A DNA stretch of 17,608 nt from an uncultured Deinococcales bacterium. Lineage in GTDB: Bacteria; Deinococcota; Deinococci; Deinococcales; JAAFIG01. Of the stretch, positions 1-7,814 are shown piece after piece (the stretch's first letter is position 1; each line of letters starts with the position of its first letter). The stretch is from contig CAXTTL010000090.1 of assembly GCA_964247135.1 (NCBI GenBank), forward strand, positions 1 to 17,608, read 5' to 3'. Below the pieces are notes generated by a model. That model searched no databases and was not told the DNA's origin. It saw only the letters and a list, made by a program, of their open reading frames with translations. The position numbers were made by a program, and so were the translations under genes.

Positions 1-377
1 TTTTCGTTTGCCCGTGGCGTTACAAATTCTGCCAAAAACAAGCCAAAAACCGCAAGCGCCGCCCCAAGAATCAATAAACTTCTCGTCAAACGGCTGAGGC
101 TGATGCCTCCAGCAAAACTTGCCAACAGTTCGTTGTCTTTGGCGAGTCGCCCAAACACCAAAAGCACGCTAAAAACGATGGCGAGTGGAAACGCCCGCAA
201 GGCAAATTCTGGAATTTGATAAATCAACCATTTGCCGGTCGCACTTGGGGGCAAAGCGCCCAGGTACTGCGCCCTGGCAATTAAACTTTGAAACAAAAAC
301 AATGCCACGTACAAACTGGTGCCGATCAAAAAGTTGGGAACGACTTCACGAAAAACGTACCATTCAAGCCGTTTCAC
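1..377 (-). CDS. LptF/LptG (YjgP/YjgQ) family permease, 5' part only (runs off window start)
   Basis: Not in the ORF track. Hand translation from GTG at 377 gives MKRLEWYVFREVVPNFLIGTSLYVALFLFQSLIARAQYLGALPPSATGKWLIYQIPEFALRAFPLAIVFSVLLVFGRLAKDNELLASFAGGISLSRL...EFVTPRANE, containing the family hallmark 'GRL..DNEL.A..AGGIS..RL'. Frame is open to base 1. Confidence 0.92.
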   Translation of the reverse strand, partial: MKRLEWYVFREVVPNFLIGTSLYVALFLFQSLIARAQYLGALPPSATGKWLIYQIPEFALRAFPLAIVFSVLLVFGRLAKDNELLASFAGGISLSRLTRSLLILGAALAVFGLFLAEFVTPRANE

Positions 378-422
378 AACTTCACCGAGAACCCTCGAGC
401 CAATGCGGACATGATCGGCATT

Positions 423-2378
423 TTAACGCAGTCTCAGACCGAAACTGAATTTGAAACCTGTGCCGGCGGTTGGATATCCAACCGCCAGATTTTGTTGGGT
501 AATGTACGCCCCAAAAACAAAACCAAAACTCGAGGAGTAGATGGTGATGCTCGAGCCGAATTCGCCGTATTGGGTGACGAAATCATAACTCACCAGCGGC
601 GTCAGGCTGAGAACAGGGGTTTGAAATGGAGTGTCAAAATTGTCCTTCAGCACATTGCCGTCGTAAAAATCGAGGTCAAAGCTGGCTCGCACGATTTGGT
701 TGTTAAATGGCTGAGGATTGTTCAGGAACACTTTTCGCAAGTCAACGACCAACGACAAACCCAGTTGAGGGTTGCGAAAATTGACGCCCTGAAAACCGAG
801 CGCAGGCGTTGACCCAACGGGTGGAGTGAAGTTCAAACCGATGCTCAGTGTGGTGGCTGGCGTGATCGCGTAACGGGCAAAGACATTCGTGCCAAACGCT
901 TCCAACCAAGAAATGCCGCTCGAGATCGAACCCCAGTTTTGTGCCGCAATTCTCACGGCGTACCTGGCATTGAAACTGGCGTTGGCATTCAGGACAAACA
1001 CGAAGTTTTCGGTTTGAAATGGGTACGCTGTGAAATCAATGCCTGCGGCGGCACTGAAGCCAAAATCTGAAATGCTCTTGCCCCAACTGATCGTGGGTGA
1101 AGCCCGCAAAAAAACTTGATTTTGAGCCTTTGCGATATCGCTGGGGGCTGGGGTCAATGTCTCTTGCCAGACATGCCCATACTCGAGTTTGGCGCGGTAA
1201 TTAAAAATGCCAAAATCGGTGTTTGAACTGCCCCCAACGGCGTATCCAACACGTTCATCGCCGCTCGAGCGACTGGGCGTCGCGGTTGCAATTCGGCGTC
1301 CGGTGTCAAAGTTAAAAGTTATCGTGAATCCAGTGTTGGGGTCACGCTCGAGAAAAAAGCGAAAACTGTTGTAAGTCGCCCCAATATCGTCTTGTCCGAC
1401 AAAGTACGTCCAGCCCTCTTTGACGCCGCGCATAAACAAAGTGAGGTTGGTGGCAGCCGTGCTCGAAAATAAATTGTTGCCAATCGCGGTCAACCTGCCC
1501 TCTTCGCCAGCCAAAATCCGTAAGTTGCTGACACCAAGGTTTAAACCAGCCCCAAAACTGAAGACCAGCGGAATCTCGAGTGGGTAGGCTGGGTCGTAGG
1601 TGTAGGTGTCCAAATGAATCGGAATTCCAAAAATCTTGATTTCAGTGTCCAATAAAATAAAAACGCCGGCATCATTTGAAATCGCTCGTTTGGCGCTGAA
1701 GGTCAGGTCGGAATTGCTCGAGACTCGTCCAAGCGAACCCGTGACGGTTTGGGCGGTGGCGGCACCATTTTGGATGGTGGCATCCGTGGCGTTGACCACA
1801 ATATTTGATGTGGAATTTCGCAGTCCCGTCACGACCAGGGTATCGTTTTTGAAAACGGCGGTGGTCGTGGCATAACGCTGCGTCACTTGTCCGCCCGCGC
1901 CAATTTTATCAATCACCGAATTCTCGAGACTTAAGTCTTGTCCCTTCAGCACGCCGCGCTGGGCTTTGATGTTGTAGGTTCCGCTTGGCAAGCCCGATTT
2001 CTTGTAAGAACCATCAATCGTCAAAACCAGCGTCTCGAGCGTAATGTTTTCCTCTTTGGCGACCACGTTTTGTACCGTGCCCCGAGCGCCACGGGCGCGA
2101 ATCTGGGCATTCTGGGCGCTTAAGGTGTTGGTCGCCTCCTCGAGCGTCAAAACCGGAGCTTCGAGCGCCCAGCCGTCCCGTTCAAAGCAACCGTTGATAA
2201 ATTTGGTGAAACCATTTTCGGAGTCCAAACTGGCGGCGCGAACGACACCGACGCCTTCGACGGTTAACTGGTCGCCGTCAGGTATTTCGGGACACAGGGC
2301 ATTGTCTTGCGCTCGAGCCAAGCTGGCAACACCAAGACAAGCTACAATGAGTGCGGATAGAAGTGTAGGACGAATCAC
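423..2378 (-). CDS. Outer-membrane beta-barrel protein, LptD-like (651 aa)
   Basis: Signal peptide (…ASLARA|Q), beta-rich N-terminal region, C-terminal amphipathic strands ending FKFSFGLRLR; lies between an LptA-like gene and lptF/G. Family call is inferred from architecture and context. Confidence 0.7.
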   Translation of the reverse strand: MIRPTLLSALIVACLGVASLARAQDNALCPEIPDGDQLTVEGVGVVRAASLDSENGFTKFINGCFERDGWALEAPVLTLEEATNTLSAQNAQIRARGARGTVQNVVAKEENITLETLVLTIDGSYKKSGLPSGTYNIKAQRGVLKGQDLSLENSVIDKIGAGGQVTQRYATTTAVFKNDTLVVTGLRNSTSNIVVNATDATIQNGAATAQTVTGSLGRVSSNSDLTFSAKRAISNDAGVFILLDTEIKIFGIPIHLDTYTYDPAYPLEIPLVFSFGAGLNLGVSNLRILAGEEGRLTAIGNNLFSSTAATNLTLFMRGVKEGWTYFVGQDDIGATYNSFRFFLERDPNTGFTITFNFDTGRRIATATPSRSSGDERVGYAVGGSSNTDFGIFNYRAKLEYGHVWQETLTPAPSDIAKAQNQVFLRASPTISWGKSISDFGFSAAAGIDFTAYPFQTENFVFVLNANASFNARYAVRIAAQNWGSISSGISWLEAFGTNVFARYAITPATTLSIGLNFTPPVGSTPALGFQGVNFRNPQLGLSLVVDLRKVFLNNPQPFNNQIVRASFDLDFYDGNVLKDNFDTPFQTPVLSLTPLVSYDFVTQYGEFGSSITIYSSSFGFVFGAYITQQNLAVGYPTAGTGFKFSFGLRLR

Positions 2379-2386
2379 GCGCCACT

Positions 2387-3019
2387 TTACCTGTTTTTCT
2401 CGAGTAAGCCAAGGTATCTGGCTTTGACCGCCTCAGGAATGGAATTTCCAGTTTTGGTGCTGATCGCCTTGCCGCCGCCATCAAACTTGATCCAGAGCAC
2501 CTGCCCCTCGAGTTTGGTTTTGCCTTTTTCCTGAAACAGGTATTTGCCCGACAAGAACGCCTCGTGGCTTTTACCGTCGATCACGGCGCTGTTGGCTTTG
2601 ATCACGGGGCTGCTCGCCGAAACCGCACCTGGCGAAACAATGATGCCCGCCTTCGGATAAGCCACCGCATTGGCGCTCGAGAGGGATTTGACTTCGCTGG
2701 TCGAAACGGAGAGCGGTCCAGACAATGCCATGCGGTCCGAGGCGATGTTCCAATCGATTTTTGAAGCCGCTATGCTTTGGGCTTGCGAGGTGATGATGGT
2801 CGCGTTGGTGGCATTTAAAAATGCACCATCTTTGACCTTGATGTACGAACCCTTGATCGTGATGCCGTTGACGTTATCGATGACTGTTCCGCCTTGGCTC
2901 ATGGTGGTCACGCCGTTTGCGTCGGTTTCTTGGTCGCCATTGGCTTGAATCACCAGACCGCCTTGGGCGAGGGCGACGCCAAGCAATAGACTCGAGATGG
3001 TTAAGATTCCTTTTTTCAC
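2387..3019 (-). CDS. Exported LptA/OstA-like beta-jellyroll protein (210 aa)
   Basis: Signal peptide (MKKGILTISSLLLGVALA|Q), short repeated beta strands (ITIKGSYIKV, SIAASKIDWNIASDRMALSG); first gene of the Lpt-like cluster. Confidence 0.6.
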   Translation of the reverse strand: MKKGILTISSLLLGVALAQGGLVIQANGDQETDANGVTTMSQGGTVIDNVNGITIKGSYIKVKDGAFLNATNATIITSQAQSIAASKIDWNIASDRMALSGPLSVSTSEVKSLSSANAVAYPKAGIIVSPGAVSASSPVIKANSAVIDGKSHEAFLSGKYLFQEKGKTKLEGQVLWIKFDGGGKAISTKTGNSIPEAVKARYLGLLEKNR

Positions 3020-3082
3020 GAGGTTATCTTAAACGCCGCTCGGTGTGTACCGTGAGGATTCGATAAATTCGAGATCAGGATT

Positions 3083-3961
3083 TTAGGCTCGAGCAACGAC
3101 GATTTGGGTGCTTGGAAGCGTAAAAGGCAGTGCGTTCTCGTCGATGATTTCAAAGGCGTCTCGCCATTTGTCTTTTAAGAAATCAATCGTGTAAACCTGC
3201 CGCGTTAGGGGCGTAAAACCAGTCTGGTGCAGTAACTTCTCGAGATCATCGCCGTTCGCCCAACCAAAAATTTCGCCGACCTCAATGTCCCAGTTGGTTG
3301 CGTAAAAATATTTGGTGGCAAATTCGTAAAAATGACTCGCCTGCATGGTGCACAAATTTCCTTGCAGCGCAAACTCGAGTTTGAATGGTCTGAAGTCGTC
3401 GCTGAAGCGCCAAAAAATTTCTTGGAGTGCAGGATTTTTAAACCGAATCTGTAAGAACTGCGGCTCGAGCCTGACCCCGTCTCGAATGATTAACCTGCCG
3501 CCAGGGAGAAGTAAACTTTTCGCCAAACCAAAAATTTGTTTTGCCGCCACCAACATGGGCGACACGCCAGCCTCGAAAAAACGCTCGGGACGCTCGAGGG
3601 CGAAGGTGGCAAATTCGTGCAGGGCGCTGCACAAGATGACGCTCGAGAATTTTGGTTCGGTCAGCTTTTCTGGATGCTTGCACAACTCAAAAATATCCTG
3701 ACGGTAAAAACGAACCCGATCCCCAAGCTGTTTGGCGGCGGTTCCAAGCAATTTGGCGCTCAGGTCAATGCCGACCAATTCCAAAGTTGGATCACGAAGC
3801 TGCAACAACTCGAGCACCGCCCCCGAACCACAACCCAGTTCGAGCACTCGGTTGCCGGTCACAAACTCGAGCATTTTGGCTTTATCGGGTTTGCTCATAG
3901 CCATGCCAGCCACGTATTCCGACAGCCCCACGGCGTCGTGAACGTCGGCGCGGGTGCTCAT
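3083..3961 (-). CDS. Class I SAM-dependent methyltransferase (292 aa)
   Basis: Motif I VLELGCGSG, acidic LVGIDLS, SALHEF, and LLPGGRLIIRDG; start overlaps the upstream stop (ATGA). Confidence 0.9.
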   Translation of the reverse strand: MSTRADVHDAVGLSEYVAGMAMSKPDKAKMLEFVTGNRVLELGCGSGAVLELLQLRDPTLELVGIDLSAKLLGTAAKQLGDRVRFYRQDIFELCKHPEKLTEPKFSSVILCSALHEFATFALERPERFFEAGVSPMLVAAKQIFGLAKSLLLPGGRLIIRDGVRLEPQFLQIRFKNPALQEIFWRFSDDFRPFKLEFALQGNLCTMQASHFYEFATKYFYATNWDIEVGEIFGWANGDDLEKLLHQTGFTPLTRQVYTIDFLKDKWRDAFEIIDENALPFTLPSTQIVVARA

Positions 3962-4380
3962 AAATCATCAAACTCGAGCACAAAACCGGCTTCGATCTCA
4001 GCTTGCATTTTCTCGAGTTGCGCTGGGGTTGGAATGCTCAAGGACACAAAAGACCAACGTGCGATGCCGTCGTTCTGGTCTTTGCTCGCCTCGAGTTTGA
4101 CCACATGAAAAATCATGTTGCTGCCAAGCAAGCGCATTTCGCCAGGTTTGTTCCATGCTGCCAGTTCGCGCTTCAAAACGCTGATTTCGCCGCGCACCAC
4201 CCAAATTCTTCCAGTGCCGATCAGGTCGTTCAAGCCCGCTGGCGGTTTTCGACGGCGAAATTGGTCGCTGACCGCCTGGTCTTTGGTGCGTTTGTCGCGG
4301 GTGATGCTGAGGATGATGGCTTCCAGCAAAGGAATGCTGGTGTCAGCACCTTGAATGCGTGGATGGATTAAGCTCATCAT
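3958..4380 (-). CDS. Hypothetical protein (140 aa), translationally coupled to the methyltransferase
   Basis: GGAG about 10 nt before ATG at 4380 (ORF track extends to 4440); ATGA overlap with the next gene; fills the gap after aroH. No family recognised. Confidence 0.65.
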   Translation of the reverse strand: MMSLIHPRIQGADTSIPLLEAIILSITRDKRTKDQAVSDQFRRRKPPAGLNDLIGTGRIWVVRGEISVLKRELAAWNKPGEMRLLGSNMIFHVVKLEASKDQNDGIARWSFVSLSIPTPAQLEKMQAEIEAGFVLEFDDL

Positions 4381-4468
4381 GATTGCTTCACTCCGTTCGA
4401 TAGTACGACACCCTCGAGGTTTCACGGTGTTCATTTGCACTTTTGGCTTTTAAAAGTACAAATCTTGC

Positions 4469-4870
4469 TTACTGTGCGCTCTCGAGGTCGGGTCGCAGCA
4501 CCACGGCATCTCGGAGGTAAACGTGCCTGATGTCCTGTTGTTTTTTATCGGTGTTAAGGTGCATCATCACCCGAATGGCGCGTTGCAAACGCCCAGGCAC
4601 CGGAATCTCGAGGGCATTCAAGAGCGGCACGAATTTCATGTTCAACCCGTTTCTTGCGGCTTCGGCGGGAAAGGCGGCGTTCAAATCTGGGGTCACGGTA
4701 AAAATGATGCTGCACAAACCCTCGAGTTCTGCCGCCGACGGCGCATGTGGGTGTTCGCAGACCGAATTTTGGGCGAGCATTTCGATCAACAGTTCTTTGG
4801 TGGCGTCAAAAATTGCCTCTGGAGTGTTTTCAATTACCGTGGTTGCACCGCGAATGCCTCGCATCATCAT
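4469..4870 (-). CDS. aroH: AroH-class chorismate mutase
   Basis: [50 protein letters not shown] match the AroH family. Three tandem ATGs make the exact start uncertain. Confidence 0.96.
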   Translation of the reverse strand: MMMRGIRGATTVIENTPEAIFDATKELLIEMLAQNSVCEHPHAPSAAELEGLCSIIFTVTPDLNAAFPAEAARNGLNMKFVPLLNALEIPVPGRLQRAIRVMMHLNTDKKQQDIRHVYLRDAVVLRPDLESAQ

Positions 4871-4879
4871 GATGTTGCG

Positions 4880-4888
4880 AGTCTAACA
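4880..4888 (-). promoter_or_regulatory. Extended -10 element (TG-n-TAGACT) for aroH
   Basis: Minus strand reads gaTGtTAGACTcgcaacatcATG; no Shine-Dalgarno present. Confidence 0.55.
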
Positions 4889-4943
4889 TCACTTCCCAAA
4901 AGACGCACCTGGCTTGTTTAGCCCGATGCCTCGCGCTCGGATT

Positions 4944-4972
4944 TTGGAATTCATTCCCAAATGAATTAGAAT
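4944..4972 (+). promoter_or_regulatory. Sigma70-type promoter of mmsA/iolA with overlapping inverted repeat
   Basis: TTGGAA (4944-4949), 17 bp, TAGAAT (4967-4972); AATTCATT-N4-AATGAATT at 4948-4967. Confidence 0.6.
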
Positions 4973-5042
4973 CGATCAGCAAATCGAAAGTAATTTGAGC
5001 GTCAATCGAAACCAGTCACATGTTTTTATTCAGGAGGAAGCC

Positions 5043-6575
5043 ATGACCCTTGCCGCCGAACCGACCACACCTGCCACCCAAACTGCCAAACGAATTCACC
5101 ATTGGATCGCCGGAAAACCGCACGCCTCAACCTCTGGGCGCAGCGCCCCCGTGTACAATCCTGCCAGCGGCGAGATTCAGGCAACCGTCGATCTGGCGAG
5201 TGTCGAGGAAATCAGCCATGCCATCGCCACAGCCAAAGCCGCCTCGGTTGGTTGGAGGGTAACACCGCTCGCCCGCCGTGCGGAAATCATGTTCAAATTC
5301 CGCGAATTGCTCGACGCAAACCGCCAAGAGCTGGCGCACATCATCAGCCTCGAGCACGGCAAAGTGCCCAGCGATGCGCTGGGCGAAATCGCCCGAGGCT
5401 TGGAAAACGTCGAATTCGCCTGCGGCGTGCCGCACCTCTTGAAGGGCGGTTTTTCCGAACAGGTTTCTCGAGGGGTCGATGTTTACAGCATCCGTCAACC
5501 TTTGGGCGTGGTGGCTGGCATCACGCCCTTTAACTTTCCGGCGATGGTGCCGCTCTGGATGATCGCCAACGCCGTGGCTTGCGGCAACGCCTTTGTCTTA
5601 AAACCATCCGAAAAAGACCCGAGCGCCAGTTTGTTCATTGCCGAACTCTTGAAACGCGCCGGTCTTCCCGACGGCGTTCTGACCGTGATTCACGGCGATA
5701 AACTCGCGGTCGATACGATTCTCGAGCATCCAGATATCGCCGCCGTTTCGTTTGTCGGCAGCACGCCAATTGCCAAATACATTTACGAGACCGGAACCAA
5801 GCACGGCAAGCGCGTTCAAGCCTTGGGCGGCGCGAAAAACCACATGTTGCTGCTGCCCGACGCCGATGTCGAGATGGCAGCCGACGCCGCCGTCAGTGCC
5901 GCCTACGGCTCGGCAGGCGAACGCTGCATGGCGATTTCGGTGGTGGTCGCGGTGGGCAACGTTGCCGACCCAATGATCGAAGCCTTGCGCGCCAGGTTGC
6001 CAAAAATCAACGTTGGACCTGGCACCGACAAAGACGCCGAAATGGGACCACTCATCACCCGCGAACACCGCGACAAGGTTGCGGGGTATCTCGAGAGTGG
6101 GAAGGCTCAAGGCGCGACCCTGGTGGTCGATGGTCGTGACGCCGACATTGCCAAGTCAGACGGTTTTTTCTTGGGTGTCAGCTTGATGGATCACGTCACC
6201 GCTGACATGGATTCGTACAAAGACGAGATTTTTGGACCCGTCTTGCAAGTCGTTCGCGTCAACACCTATGAAGAAGGCTTGAAACTCATCAATGACAATC
6301 AGTACGGCAATGGGACGGCAATCTTTACCAGGGACGGCGGCGCGGCGCGGCAATTCCAATTCGATGTCAACGTCGGCATGGTCGGCATCAACGTGCCAAT
6401 TCCGGTGCCAGTCTCCTATTACAGCTTTGGCGGTTGGAAAGCCAGCTTGTTCGGCGACACGCACATGTACGGACCCGAAGGCATTTTGTTTTACACCAGG
6501 GGTAAAGTCGTCAGCTCGAGGTGGCCCGACCCGAGCACCTCAAAAGTCGATTTGGGCTTTCCGCAAAACCGTTAA
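5043..6575 (+). CDS. mmsA: CoA-acylating (methyl)malonate-semialdehyde dehydrogenase (MmsA/IolA), 510 aa
   Basis: ITPFNFPAMVPLW, LKPSEKDP, SFVGSTPIA, KRVQALGGAKNH, catalytic GERCMA, EIFGPVL, FGGWKASLFGD. Start placed at ATG 5043 after AGGAGG. Confidence 0.96.
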   Translation: MTLAAEPTTPATQTAKRIHHWIAGKPHASTSGRSAPVYNPASGEIQATVDLASVEEISHAIATAKAASVGWRVTPLARRAEIMFKFRELLDANRQELAHIISLEHGKVPSDALGEIARGLENVEFACGVPHLLKGGFSEQVSRGVDVYSIRQPLGVVAGITPFNFPAMVPLWMIANAVACGNAFVLKPSEKDPSASLFIAELLKRAGLPDGVLTVIHGDKLAVDTILEHPDIAAVSFVGSTPIAKYIYETGTKHGKRVQALGGAKNHMLLLPDADVEMAADAAVSAAYGSAGERCMAISVVVAVGNVADPMIEALRARLPKINVGPGTDKDAEMGPLITREHRDKVAGYLESGKAQGATLVVDGRDADIAKSDGFFLGVSLMDHVTADMDSYKDEIFGPVLQVVRVNTYEEGLKLINDNQYGNGTAIFTRDGGAARQFQFDVNVGMVGINVPIPVPVSYYSFGGWKASLFGDTHMYGPEGILFYTRGKVVSSRWPDPSTSKVDLGFPQNR

Positions 6576-6587
6576 TGACCATAAAAC

Positions 6588-6612
6588 AACCCTCGAGATC
6601 AACTCGAGGGTT
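6588..6612. terminator. Hairpin between convergent genes, probable bidirectional terminator
   Basis: AACCCTCGAG-atcaa-CTCGAGGGTT with A-rich left and T-rich right flanks. Confidence 0.7.
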
Positions 6613-6628
6613 TAACTTTAAGTTGTTT

Positions 6629-7447
6629 TTAGTGCTTGAGCAATGCGCCCAAAATTCCGGTCAAAATCGCGCCAGTGCTCGAGGCTCCAGCATCGCGTTG
6701 ACCGTTGGGGTGGGTCATGTTCGCGCCCTGGTTGACCGCACCCAACAGCGACCCAAGAATGTCCGCCATGCCACCGCCCTGGGATTGCCCGCCGCCAAGA
6801 ACGCTCCCGAGGATGCCGCCCAAGCCGCCAGCTTGTGGTTGTTGCGCTTGTTGAGGGTGCTGTCCGCCGCCGAGCAACCCACCGACAATATTGCCCAGCG
6901 CTCCGCCGGCGCTACCGCTGCCTCCGCCGAGCAGACTGCCCAAAACGTTGCCGAGTGCACCGCCCCCACCGCCATTGCCCATCAGGCTGCCGAGAATGCC
7001 GCCCACGTCCAAGCCGCCAGGCGCCTGCTGACTGCCGCCTGTTAACATCCCCAAAAGTGGTCCCAGTGCGCCCAAAGGACCAACTTGATCGACCCCCCTG
7101 GTGTCATGGTTCGCAATGCCTGCGCCCAAGGCGCCGACAATTGGCGCGACATCTTGCGGGGTCAATTGATTTGGGTGCCCCTGATATTGTTGTGCCGCCT
7201 GCGTGAAGGCGTCCGAGTACGCTTTGGAGGTAAAACCGCTCGAGCTGTTCCCGATGGCTTGAGCCGCCGCTTGAAACTGCGTGCCCAGATCGGCATTCGG
7301 GTCGCTCGAGGTGGCTTGCTGCGCGGCTTGAAATTTTGCCAACACGTCCGAACCGTGGGTTGGATGGGCTGGATCGGCTGAATTGAGTGATTGTTCTTGG
7401 GTTTTAAGCTGGTCGACCACATTGCCAAGTACGTCTTGAAGTGTCAT
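6629..7447 (-). CDS. Gly-rich protein with degenerate DAK2/DhaL-like domain (272 aa)
   Basis: GGAAGGA before ATG 7447. SLNSADPAHPTHG, SSSGFTSKAYSDAF and RDAGASS resemble DhaL-type motifs, split by repeated LGGILGSLLGG segments. Confidence 0.65.
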   Translation of the reverse strand: MTLQDVLGNVVDQLKTQEQSLNSADPAHPTHGSDVLAKFQAAQQATSSDPNADLGTQFQAAAQAIGNSSSGFTSKAYSDAFTQAAQQYQGHPNQLTPQDVAPIVGALGAGIANHDTRGVDQVGPLGALGPLLGMLTGGSQQAPGGLDVGGILGSLMGNGGGGGALGNVLGSLLGGGSGSAGGALGNIVGGLLGGGQHPQQAQQPQAGGLGGILGSVLGGGQSQGGGMADILGSLLGAVNQGANMTHPNGQRDAGASSTGAILTGILGALLKH

Positions 7448-7667
7448 GGAAAATCCTTCCGTCATACCGCAAATTTCTTCTCGAACCTCGAGCAACCTCG
7501 AGACGATCAAAGGTTTACGGATACGAAATCCTAGCACCGATTGAATCAGTCCGTGAAGACTTTGAATTTGAAGAATTCTTAAAACTTATGGGGGAAGGTT
7601 ATGGCTTTATTTTGTCCAAGAAATATTTGATTTGAGTCCAAACCACTTCACAAAGTGGTCTGGAAAC

Positions 7668-7697
7668 TTGACACGCTTTCAACCCTCGAGATAACCT
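7668..7697 (+). promoter_or_regulatory. Sigma70-type promoter of the sugar ABC operon
   Basis: TTGACA (7668-7673), 18 bp, TAACCT (7692-7697); flanked by inverted repeats at 7642-7659 and 7725-7749. Confidence 0.6.
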
Positions 7698-7814
7698 CAT
7701 GGAACTGCTCAGCATAGCGATTTTCGTTACGAACTTTTTGTTTGTAACGCTCGGGTGTTTCCCGAGGGGTTTTAAGCCTGAATTGTGGCTCGAGGAGAAC
7801 CTGAGGAGGTTCGT

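Noticed and set aside
185-812. Plus-strand ORFs of 87 and 174 aa
   Set aside because: Antisense to the clear lptF/G and lptD-like genes.
3083-3961. Methyltransferase as the CTCGAG DNA methylase
   Set aside because: No NPPY/DPPY or PC catalytic motif; architecture fits small-molecule or protein methyltransferases.
4995-5042. Longer N-termini in the ORF track (4995, 7537, 7785, 12920, 15346, 15997, 4440)
   Set aside because: Downstream starts have clear Shine-Dalgarno sequences or stop/start overlaps and better fit the protein families.
6521-7428. Several alternative-frame ORFs across the Gly-rich gene
   Set aside because: Arise from the stop-poor GC-rich low-complexity repeats of the minus-strand gene.
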